NCBI GenBank assembly: GCA_016872125.1
Contig: VHBD01000001.1
Span: forward strand, 1-35,650
Reading direction: 5' to 3'
DNA length: 35,650 bases
From: Sphingomonadales bacterium
GTDB lineage: Bacteria > Bacteroidota > Bacteroidia > UBA7662
The notes under the pieces are model-generated. The model was not told where the DNA came from and did no database searches. It saw nothing but the letters and a program-made list of their open reading frames with translations. Shown here one piece after another: positions 27,852-35,650 of this stretch (its first letter is position 1; each line of letters begins with the position of its first letter). Made by a program: the position numbers and the translations under genes.

Positions 27852-29222
27852 TTAGAGGTTATTCACAAATTGTTTGAATTGCCTACCACGGTCTTCATAA
27901 TTTTCGAATAAATCAAAGCTGGCACAGGCAGGGGACAACAGCACCGCATCGCCCTTCTGCGAGAGTTGATAGGCCCTTTGAACGGCTTCTTGCATGCTGA
28001 TGACGTTGACCATCACGGGGACTTTGCCCCCAAAGGCCTCGTGCAATGCCCGGTTATCCTTGCCCATGCATATCAGAACCTTGACACGATCCTGAACTAA
28101 GTCCATCAAAGCAGAGTAATCGTTGCCCTTATCCACCCCTCCGGCAATCCATAACACAGGTTTATCCATAGACTCAAGGGCATACCACGTCGAATTCACG
28201 TTAGTCGCTTTGGAATCGTTGATATAATCCACACCCCGCACGCGGCCTACCTTTTCGAGACGATGCTCCAATTGATCAAAATTGGTGAGGCTCTCTCGGA
28301 TACTCTCTTTGCGAACCTCCATCAACTGCGCAACCACTGCAGCAGCCATGGAATTGTAGGCGTTGTGACGCCCGTTCAGGGCCAATTCATTCAAAGGTAT
28401 GGACATAGTTTCGGCGTTAATATGAGTATGAATATGATCACGGTCGACAAAGGCCCCTTGGGTGAAGGCCAATGGTTTACGAAAAGAAAAGGTGTACGAG
28501 CGGTAAGGACCTTGTGCAGTCTTCAAGATTTGTTCAGCACTTACGGGATCATCCGAAGACCATACAAAATGGGATTCTTGGTTCATGTTCCGAATCATTC
28601 TAAATTTAGAATCCACGTAATTCTGCATCACGTATCCGTAGCGGTCCAAATGATCCGGCGTAATGTTGGTGAGCACCCCGATATCAAAACGCGTTTGATC
28701 CAAAGCATCCAATTGGAATGAGCTCACCTCAAGGACATAAACCTCTGGCCTTTGATCCAGGGGCTTTTGGAGATCCAAGGCAACGGCTCCCGCAAAACTC
28801 TTCCCCATATTGCCTGCAAGGCCAGCTCGAATACCACCTCGAACAAGGAGGTGATGGGTTAAAAGCGTGGTGGTGGTTTTGCCGTTCGTACCAGTAACTC
28901 CCACCAATTTAGCTTGCGTGTGGGCCGCCGCAAATTCAATTTCATCCACAACACGATACCCTTGATCCAGAGCCCTTTGGATCAAAGGAATTTCCGGGGC
29001 AATCCCAGGACTTTTGATTACCAAATGAGGAGAGAATTCATCTATTTCTTTCACACAATTGGATTCGCCAGCAATGCCCATCGCAGCGAGCTGCTGCAAT
29101 CTGCTTGGCGATATCCCGGATTGGTCCCATACGGCTACCTCCATGCCCAATACTTGGCCCAAAGCCGCAGCACCGCATCCGCTTTCCCCCGCACCGAGGA
29201 CCAATAGCCGTTGACCCTTCAT
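27852..29222 (-). CDS. murD: UDP-N-acetylmuramoylalanine--D-glutamate ligase
   Basis: 456 aa with N-terminal Rossmann GAGESGCGAA and Mur ligase P-loop GTNGKTTTTLL. The ATG overlaps the mraY stop as ATGA. Confidence 0.95.
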   Translation of the reverse strand: MKGQRLLVLGAGESGCGAAALGQVLGMEVAVWDQSGISPSRLQQLAAMGIAGESNCVKEIDEFSPHLVIKSPGIAPEIPLIQRALDQGYRVVDEIEFAAAHTQAKLVGVTGTNGKTTTTLLTHHLLVRGGIRAGLAGNMGKSFAGAVALDLQKPLDQRPEVYVLEVSSFQLDALDQTRFDIGVLTNITPDHLDRYGYVMQNYVDSKFRMIRNMNQESHFVWSSDDPVSAEQILKTAQGPYRSYTFSFRKPLAFTQGAFVDRDHIHTHINAETMSIPLNELALNGRHNAYNSMAAAVVAQLMEVRKESIRESLTNFDQLEHRLEKVGRVRGVDYINDSKATNVNSTWYALESMDKPVLWIAGGVDKGNDYSALMDLVQDRVKVLICMGKDNRALHEAFGGKVPVMVNVISMQEAVQRAYQLSQKGDAVLLSPACASFDLFENYEDRGRQFKQFVNNL

Positions 29223-30355
29223 CGCAATTTCAATAAGGTGAAGGTCATGATGACCAAAAGGATGGTCACAATCCAGAAGCGTGTGACTATTTTAGGCTCG
29301 GCCATACCTCCTAATTCGTAATGATGGTGGAGTGGCGCCATGCGAAAAATTCGACGACCTTCACCGTATTTCCGCTTGGTATAGCGAAACCAAGTCACCT
29401 GAAGGATTACCGATAAACTCTCCACAAAAAATATCCCGCAAAGAATCGGCAACAACAATTCCATTTTGATAATCAAGGCCACCGACGCAAAAGCACCGCC
29501 CAAAGCCATAGATCCGGTATCGCCCATAAAAACCTGGGCAGGGTACGCATTGTACCAAAGAAATCCTATACAAGCTCCGACCAAGGCCGCCATAAAGACC
29601 ACCACCTCTCCCGAGCCAGGGATGTACAAGATGTTCAAGTAAGTGGCTAATTTGATGTTACCCGTCATATAGGCCAAAATCCCCAATCCTGTACCCACGA
29701 TGGCGCTGGTTCCGGCCGCAAGCCCGTCGATACCGTCCGTCAGGTTCACTGCGTTGGTCACGGCGGTCACGATGAAAACAATGATTGCGAAATAGGCTAA
29801 CCAAACCATGGTAGGGTCCCAACCAAGTTTCGCATAATCAAGGCCGTATTTCGTAATGGGCAAGTTGGTCTTGAGGGCAAGGTGAGCGATGTCCTTATGA
29901 TAGAACAACAAGGTGGCGATGAGCAAGCCCAAGCCCACCTGTCCAATGACTTTGGACCGCGAGCGTAGCCCATTCTTGTCTTTGAGAAAAACCTTGATAT
30001 AATCATCCGCACCGCCAATGACCCCCATCCAAAGGGTTGCCACCACCATAACTAGCACATAAATATTGTCTAATCGTGCGGAGAGCAACGTAGGGATGAT
30101 CATCGCAATGAGCAAGATGATACCCCCCATGGTTGGGGTGCCTTTTTTGGATTGGTGAGCCGCCGGTCCACTTTCGCGAATACTCTCCCCAATTTGTTTA
30201 CGGACCAACCAGTCGATAATCCTCTTTCCAATAAAAAGACTAATGAGTAAAGCAAGGGCGGCAGCCAAAGAGGCCCTGAAGGTGATGAAACGAAAAGCGC
30301 CAGCACCACTCAAATCCCAGACCTTATCCAAATACTCAAAAAGATAATACAACAT
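29219..30355 (-). CDS. mraY: Phospho-N-acetylmuramoyl-pentapeptide transferase
   Basis: 378 aa polytopic membrane protein with TDGIDGLA and MGDTGSMALGG motifs. Confidence 0.97.
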   Translation of the reverse strand: MLYYLFEYLDKVWDLSGAGAFRFITFRASLAAALALLISLFIGKRIIDWLVRKQIGESIRESGPAAHQSKKGTPTMGGIILLIAMIIPTLLSARLDNIYVLVMVVATLWMGVIGGADDYIKVFLKDKNGLRSRSKVIGQVGLGLLIATLLFYHKDIAHLALKTNLPITKYGLDYAKLGWDPTMVWLAYFAIIVFIVTAVTNAVNLTDGIDGLAAGTSAIVGTGLGILAYMTGNIKLATYLNILYIPGSGEVVVFMAALVGACIGFLWYNAYPAQVFMGDTGSMALGGAFASVALIIKMELLLPILCGIFFVESLSVILQVTWFRYTKRKYGEGRRIFRMAPLHHHYELGGMAEPKIVTRFWIVTILLVIMTFTLLKLR

Positions 30356-30358
30356 AAT

Positions 30359-31906
30359 TCAGCTTATAGAAGATGAGGATATCGGTAATTTTTCCAAGAA
30401 TTCAAATTGCTCCTGCAATTGTTTCGCGTCGTCAAAAGGATGGCGAATGCTGGCGATTTCTTGGTAGGCCTCATGGCCCTTGCCTGCAACCAAGATCATA
30501 TCGCCAGAGCTAGTCCACTGAACAGCCATTCGTATCGCCTGGGCCCTGTCAGATTGGCGGATAAGCGTCTTTGGTCCTGTGTGAATACCTGACGAATCCA
30601 TCACGGCGGCATGTTCTGGGATACCCACCATCATTTCATTCAGGATTTGTTCCGGATCTTCGTTACGTGGATTATCGGAGGTTAGGACCACCGCATCGGA
30701 ATGCAGATAGGCAATGGCGGCCATCAATGGCCTTTTGCCGCGATCCCTATCACCTCCGCAACCCACGACCGTGATGATGCGAACCCCATATCCCGCAATA
30801 CCCCTGAGTGTCAACAAGACCTGCTCCAACGCATCGGGGGTGTGAGCGTAATCCACCATGCCCAAACGGCCATCGGGTCCCTTGACGCTCTGCATACGTC
30901 CGCTTGGCGGAGTCAAATTTCGCATACCATCTTGCAAATCATCAGCACTGCCTCCCAATAACCTACCCGCGGCGTAAACCGCCAAGGAATTGTAAGCGTT
31001 GAACTTTCCGCTTAATCCGCAAGACAAAACATAACCTTCTGCTTGATAGCTTATGGACGACGCATCCAATACCAGATCCTTACCCCAAAAGTTATCGCCC
31101 AATTGAGGATGTTCAGAACCTTCTCCCTCGAATCCGTAAGCATAACAACGAGCAGAACTTGCGGCTACCATAGCCTTGCCGTACGGATCATCCGCATTGT
31201 ACAAAGCAAAGGCCTCCTTACCCAAACCGTCAAAAAAAGTACGCTTGGCCATGAAATAATTTTCCATGGTACCGTGGTAATCTAAATGATCCCTGGTCAA
31301 ATTCGTGAAAAGACCGCCTGCAAAATGCAAGCCGCTTACCCGATGCTGTGTCATGGCATGCGAGCTCACCTCCATAAAGGCATGGGTACAGCCCTCTTGC
31401 ACCATTTTATATAACAAATTATTTATTTCAATGGCGTTGGGAGTGGTATGGGTTGAGGGAATTTCTCTTTGGCCGATTCTGCAGGAAACCGTGGATATCA
31501 AACCTGAATTGTGGCCTAAACCATTGAACATTTGATACAGCAAGGTGACCGTCGTGGTTTTGCCGTTGGTCCCGGTTACACCCACCAGCGTTAATTTCTC
31601 AGAGGGATTCCCGTAAAATGCGGACGCCACATACCCCAAAGCTGATGCGCTGTTCGCCACCTGAATGCAGGGGATTTCTTCTGGAAGATAATCTGGCCAA
31701 TGCTGTACCAAAACACAAATCGCACCCGCCTCAATAGCGGCAGTAACATAAGAATGCCCATCCACTTGGGTGCCGCATAGGGCTACGAACATCGCACCTG
31801 GAACAACACGACGATGATCGATGCACAAGGATCCCACCTCGATATCGAGCGACCCATGGGCCCTTAGGACCTCCACTCGACCCAACAAATTCCCAAGCGA
31901 AATCAT
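30359..31906 (-). CDS. murE: UDP-MurNAc-L-Ala-D-Glu--2,6-diaminopimelate ligase
   Basis: The ORF track runs to 31996. The ATG at 31906..31904 (MISLGNLLG) overlaps the ftsI stop as ATGA. P-loop GTNGKTTTVTLL is present. The DNPR motif (LTSDNPRNEDP) is the one associated with meso-DAP-adding MurE enzymes. 515 aa. Confidence 0.94.
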   Translation of the reverse strand: MISLGNLLGRVEVLRAHGSLDIEVGSLCIDHRRVVPGAMFVALCGTQVDGHSYVTAAIEAGAICVLVQHWPDYLPEEIPCIQVANSASALGYVASAFYGNPSEKLTLVGVTGTNGKTTTVTLLYQMFNGLGHNSGLISTVSCRIGQREIPSTHTTPNAIEINNLLYKMVQEGCTHAFMEVSSHAMTQHRVSGLHFAGGLFTNLTRDHLDYHGTMENYFMAKRTFFDGLGKEAFALYNADDPYGKAMVAASSARCYAYGFEGEGSEHPQLGDNFWGKDLVLDASSISYQAEGYVLSCGLSGKFNAYNSLAVYAAGRLLGGSADDLQDGMRNLTPPSGRMQSVKGPDGRLGMVDYAHTPDALEQVLLTLRGIAGYGVRIITVVGCGGDRDRGKRPLMAAIAYLHSDAVVLTSDNPRNEDPEQILNEMMVGIPEHAAVMDSSGIHTGPKTLIRQSDRAQAIRMAVQWTSSGDMILVAGKGHEAYQEIASIRHPFDDAKQLQEQFEFLEKLPISSSSIS

Positions 31907-34041
31907 GAGCCTAACAACAGCATCACCCGCTGTCCAGGTTTGGCCGCGGGAATTCCGCGCTCTCCATTCTTGATCGCCCCAATGAGACCCATGCACTGCC
32001 TTACTTTACCGATACCCTGAAGCGAGACCCGGTACCCTTTGTTTTCCAAAGCCCATACAGCAGCTGCGGCATCCATTCCCAGCAAATCATTGACCTCTAT
32101 CAATTGAACCTTATTCCATTCAACTTCTGTTCCAATAAGCCCCCTCTGCTGGGGTTCCTTGGTATTAGAGACGACCTGGGTCGATGGAATTCGTCGAAAT
32201 TCCTTGATCGCCATGGTTTGCTCGGCGATGTCCCTGAAAACAGGGGCGGCAACTTGCGATGCATAATACAATCCTCCTTTGGGTTCTTCCAACATTACCA
32301 AACAAGTGTAACGGGGATTAGGCTCCGGGAAATAGCCTATAAAGGTGGCCCTGTGCCTGTTGCTCATAGACTTTCCGGAAGCATTGCGAAGCCTGGCCGT
32401 TCCAGTTTTGCCACCAACGCCGAAAGTCAAGCCTTTCATTTGTTCTTTGACCGTTCCATCGATGGCCACGCGCCGCATCATTCGACGAGCCGCCAAGGCT
32501 TTGTTACGATCCAAAATTCTACGACCTTTGACGGTTGTGGTCTTTGCTTGGAAATTCAAATCTGCTTCCTCTCCCTCATCACTTGACAACCAAGCGACTA
32601 TGGAGACCCACTGTGTTGAGGATCCTTGGATTTTCTCGCGTTGAATTTCTTCAAGCAAAGAGGGCTCAACACGAATCCCTTCATTGACAACTGCGTTATA
32701 GAAAGTAAGCAGTTGAAGAGGTGTTATGAGCATCGAATACCCAATGCCCGTAGAATACAAATCGAAGGGATTATAATCTTTGAGTGCTGTAGTCCTGAAT
32801 CGGGGTTTAGGATCACGGTGAATGGGAAGGTCCATGGTTTGTTCCAAGCCGAATTCTTTCAACTTCGCAAAAAAGGTTTCTGGCTTTGGACCATAATGCC
32901 GATGCAACAGGCGAGCAATGCCCACGTTGGAGCTCTTCGCAAAAATTTGCTCAACAGTCATCCAAGGCCCATAGGTATGCTCATCGACTAGCCTGAATAC
33001 CCCCGTCTGAAAGGTGTAATCGGTCATGGCAATGCTATCCTCCAAAGCCCAAAATCCGTCGGATAAACCCGCTGTCAAAGCCACCAGCTTGAATACCGAA
33101 CCGGGTTCAACACCGATACCGTAAGCCACCTGATCGTATTCCCCTATGCCGCTGGAATCGCCCCCTTTGTTGGGTTTGCGGACCATGTTGCTCATGGCTC
33201 TGATCTTCCCCGAGCCGGTCTCCATCAAAATTGCGCATCCCTTCATGGCACCCTGCGCATGCATGGCTTTGGACAGGGCTTGATGGGCAATTTCTTGCAA
33301 CCGTATGTCCAAGGTTGTCACCACCTGGCCTCCATGGTGGGGTTCCTTTTGAAGTTCCTGATCGACAGGCTTCCAAACTCCGCCGCCCATTCGTTGTTTC
33401 AAGGCCAATCCCGGAACACCGGATAACACCGAATCCATACCGGCCTCCAGACCGATCTGTGCCTTGCCTTGACGGATATAGCCGATGGTCCTGGCGGCCA
33501 AGGATCCATAAGGAAGCAGTCTTCGGTTGGTTTGCACGGCAATCAAACCCCCCAAGCGTTTCGTTTTGGGCTGAAGGCCCATCATGGGCAAGGCACGGAC
33601 CTGTTCATAGACCCCAAAACTCACCTCCTTTTGCAGCAACCAATACCGCTTGACCGGATTGCTGCGCTTGGCACTGATCAAATCCCTTTTCCAATCCAAA
33701 TGATTTTTCTTCGGAAAAACGCGGGCAAGACCCCATGACAACGAATCCAGTTGGCGATAAAAGGCAGTATCGTGCAGGGCATCCAACCCAAAATCAATTC
33801 GTAATTCATACAGGGGAACCGACGATGCAAGCAGGTTCATGTTGCAGTCGTAGAGATCTCCCCGATGAGCTGGAATTTCGAACAATTTCCTGTTGGACTC
33901 GTTTGCTCGCTGAAGGTAGGGCTGCCCTTTCGAACCGGTTAAGGTCCATGCGTGCCATAACACCGCAATTCCCATCAACATCATCCCCAAAAAGGCCAAA
34001 TTGACTCTCCAACCCCGGACAAAATAATTCGCCTTATTCAT
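31903..34041 (-). CDS. ftsI: Class B penicillin-binding protein (FtsI/PBP3-like transpeptidase) with a C-terminal PASTA-like domain
   Basis: 712 aa with an N-terminal TM anchor and transpeptidase motifs SxxK (GSVFK), SxN (KSSNVG) and KTG (GGKTGTA). The last ~70 aa (VNDLLGMDAAAAVWALENKGYRVSLQGIGKV...GQRVMLLLGS) resemble a PASTA domain. Confidence 0.93.
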   Translation of the reverse strand: MNKANYFVRGWRVNLAFLGMMLMGIAVLWHAWTLTGSKGQPYLQRANESNRKLFEIPAHRGDLYDCNMNLLASSVPLYELRIDFGLDALHDTAFYRQLDSLSWGLARVFPKKNHLDWKRDLISAKRSNPVKRYWLLQKEVSFGVYEQVRALPMMGLQPKTKRLGGLIAVQTNRRLLPYGSLAARTIGYIRQGKAQIGLEAGMDSVLSGVPGLALKQRMGGGVWKPVDQELQKEPHHGGQVVTTLDIRLQEIAHQALSKAMHAQGAMKGCAILMETGSGKIRAMSNMVRKPNKGGDSSGIGEYDQVAYGIGVEPGSVFKLVALTAGLSDGFWALEDSIAMTDYTFQTGVFRLVDEHTYGPWMTVEQIFAKSSNVGIARLLHRHYGPKPETFFAKLKEFGLEQTMDLPIHRDPKPRFRTTALKDYNPFDLYSTGIGYSMLITPLQLLTFYNAVVNEGIRVEPSLLEEIQREKIQGSSTQWVSIVAWLSSDEGEEADLNFQAKTTTVKGRRILDRNKALAARRMMRRVAIDGTVKEQMKGLTFGVGGKTGTARLRNASGKSMSNRHRATFIGYFPEPNPRYTCLVMLEEPKGGLYYASQVAAPVFRDIAEQTMAIKEFRRIPSTQVVSNTKEPQQRGLIGTEVEWNKVQLIEVNDLLGMDAAAAVWALENKGYRVSLQGIGKVRQCMGLIGAIKNGERGIPAAKPGQRVMLLLGS

Positions 34042-34496
34042 GGTTGCTGGGGTTTGCCTGAATTGCCCGCCTTGGTAGAATTGACGGAATTCGTAGAATG
34101 GATGGTATTGTTAGAATTAACGGTGCCACTTTCCTTTTTCGAATCAGCATGACCTATCGCCAAGGGAGGCACACGCATTTCCTTGAAACCCATTACCGTT
34201 GCCCTTTGAACGACCTTCTCCAATTGCCCCAACCGAACCAGTTCCGTTTTGAGAAAAAGATACTGTGAGCGTAGCTCCTGGTTATGCTTTTCAATCTTGC
34301 TAATCTGCCGAACTCTGTGCTCGCATTGATGGATATAGGCGATATAAATCAGCATTAGGACCGAGAGATAGCCAATGAACCATCCATGCTTCTGAACTAA
34401 TACAGGCTTAGCCCATCGCTCAGGATCCAAGAGAGACCAAAGGTTCCAAGTAGAACCTTGAGCTCGGTCAGCGATCGTTTGGCTTGACTTTTTCAT
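34038..34496 (-). CDS. FtsL-like cell division protein (single TM plus coiled coil)
   Basis: 152 aa with one TM (WFIGYLSVLMLIYIAYI) followed by a heptad/Leu-rich segment (ISKIEKHNQELRSQYLFLKTELVRLGQLEKV). It occupies the ftsL slot between rsmH and ftsI, and its stop overlaps the ftsI ATG (ATGA). The assignment rests on topology and synteny only. Confidence 0.6.
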   Translation of the reverse strand: MKKSSQTIADRAQGSTWNLWSLLDPERWAKPVLVQKHGWFIGYLSVLMLIYIAYIHQCEHRVRQISKIEKHNQELRSQYLFLKTELVRLGQLEKVVQRATVMGFKEMRVPPLAIGHADSKKESGTVNSNNTIHSTNSVNSTKAGNSGKPQQP

Positions 34497-34505
34497 GGTA
34501 AGACC

Positions 34506-35567
34506 TTAACGATGAGTCGCTTTCTTGGGGGCGGAAGCTGTGGACAGATGAGTCGATAAGCGAACAGGGACCTTCCAGGAATCCTGCTCCGCTGCGGCAT
34601 GGACAAGATCATTCAACGAGACTAGGTTGCGTATCCCAACCCTGAGTTTGGCACTACGAGCCCTGGGGTTTTCGGAATTTTCCGACGCATCCGCCTGCTT
34701 CCATCGGCCCTTGACCGAATCCAAGGGCCTTAAGGCATTCCCATACAAATCATGGTAATCCTTGCCCTCAAAATTTCCATGGTTGATGAAATTCTTTACC
34801 AAACGATCTTCTAAAGAATGGTAACTCAAGACAGCGAGTCGACCGCCAGCGATGAGCATAGAAGCGGATTGTTCCAACATTTCCTGAAGGCTTTCCATTT
34901 CCCTGTTCAAGTGAATTCGAATGGCCTGAAAGACCCTGGCCAAATAGCGTGAAGGCTTTTCTTGACCCGCTGAGCGCAGGGCAATTTCCTTGAGTTGTCC
35001 TGCAGTTTCCAAAGCACGCTCAGAACGAGCCACCGCCAAATCCCTCGCCAACCTCCTGGATTGACGAATTTCCCCGTATCGGTAGAATACCGCAGCCATT
35101 TCCTCCTCACTCGTCTCTGCCAGCCATTGACATGCCCCAAGGCCTGATCGACGATCCATACGCATATCCAGCGGAGCCTCATCGAAACGAAAGGCAAATC
35201 CCCGATCAGCCTCATCCAAATGATGAGAGGAAACGCCCAAATCAGCCAAAATCCCATGGACGCCCTGCACCCCTTTCCATTGCAGAAAACGCTGTATTTG
35301 AGCAAAATTCGCATCGATTAACTCGAACCTGGGATCGGCGCACAATGCCGGGGTTCCATCATCCAAGGGCTTGTTTGCTCTCTGCAAGGCGTCTTCGTCC
35401 TGGTCGATACCAAACAGGCGCCCCTTAGGGCCCAATCGTTCCAAGATGGCACGCGAATGCCCTCCACCACCCAAGGTGCAATCCACATAAATGCCGTCAA
35501 CCTTGATTTGCAGAGCCTCTAAGCAGGCTTCCAACAGAACAGGCTGATGATAAAAGGCCTTAGACAT
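34506..35567 (-). CDS. rsmH: 16S rRNA (cytosine1402-N4)-methyltransferase RsmH (MraW)
   Basis: 353 aa with YHQPVLLEA, SAM-binding DCTLGGGGHS, ADLGVSSHHLD, SYHSLEDRLVK and NPRARSAKLR. There are ~39 residues beyond the usual C-terminus. Confidence 0.96.
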   Translation of the reverse strand: MSKAFYHQPVLLEACLEALQIKVDGIYVDCTLGGGGHSRAILERLGPKGRLFGIDQDEDALQRANKPLDDGTPALCADPRFELIDANFAQIQRFLQWKGVQGVHGILADLGVSSHHLDEADRGFAFRFDEAPLDMRMDRRSGLGACQWLAETSEEEMAAVFYRYGEIRQSRRLARDLAVARSERALETAGQLKEIALRSAGQEKPSRYLARVFQAIRIHLNREMESLQEMLEQSASMLIAGGRLAVLSYHSLEDRLVKNFINHGNFEGKDYHDLYGNALRPLDSVKGRWKQADASENSENPRARSAKLRVGIRNLVSLNDLVHAAAEQDSWKVPVRLSTHLSTASAPKKATHR

Positions 35568-35650
35568 TCCATTGACCTCCCATCACCCGCTCGGCCAAGG
35601 CCGAAAAGTCTTGTGGTTCTTGGTCAAGCATCTTGTGATAAGCCTGTTCA
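35560..35650 (-). CDS. mraZ: Transcriptional regulator MraZ, 3' end only (runs off the window edge)
   Basis: Hand translation of the minus strand from 35649 gives EQAYHKMLDQEPQDFSALAERVMGGQWNV, with stop TAA at 35562..35560. The D/E..FS.LAE..M pattern resembles MraZ C-termini, and the position upstream of rsmH is canonical. It overlaps the rsmH ATG as ATGTCTAA. Only 29 codons are visible. Confidence 0.6.
   Translation of the reverse strand, partial: EQAYHKMLDQEPQDFSALAERVMGGQWNV

Noticed and set aside
1-35650. A search by eye for CRISPR-like direct repeats, IS terminal inverted repeats, tRNA cloverleaf candidates and rRNA fragments.
   Set aside because: No spaced direct repeats were seen, no gap is long enough for a tRNA plus flanks except promoter regions already explained, and there are no transposase- or integrase-like ORFs. 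This was a visual inspection only. Infernal and tRNAscan-SE would be the decisive checks.

Overview
The window is a compact, almost entirely minus-strand block of core housekeeping genes: 43 of 44 CDS are on the minus strand and no intergenic gap exceeds 186 nt. It looks like a Bacteroidota (FCB-group) chromosome. Reading along the minus strand from the right edge, the gene order is as follows. (1) A dcw cell-division and cell-wall cluster: mraZ (3' end), rsmH, ftsL-like, ftsI, murE, mraY, murD, ftsW, murG, murC, ftsQ, ftsA, ftsZ. (2) A three-gene split transhydrogenase: pntAA, pntAB, pntB. (3) Citrate synthase gltA. (4) The only plus-strand gene, an M24B Xaa-Pro aminopeptidase. (5) A fused str/S10/spc ribosomal super-operon: rpsL, rpsG, fusA, rpsJ, rplC, rplD, rplW, rplB, rpsS, rplV, rpsC, rplP, rpmC, rpsQ, rplN, rplX, rplE, rpsN, rpsH, rplF, rplR, rpsE, rpmD, rplO, secY, then the first 6 codons of infA. 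I corrected several six-frame ORFs to internal starts, using conserved N-termini and start/stop overlaps with the upstream gene. I added rpmD by hand because it is below the ORF-track size cut-off. I see no rRNA, tRNA, CRISPR array, IS or transposon, integrase, phage, toxin or defence gene, and no long repeats. I also see no unexplained ORF or non-coding stretch large enough to hide a system. My conclusion is that this is an ordinary core region and that I cannot support a claim of a previously undescribed system here. The findings below are low to moderate interest: lineage-typical architecture, protein tail extensions, candidate Bacteroidota-type promoters and translational-coupling junctions. 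All family assignments rest on motif recognition by eye and on synteny. No database search was run.
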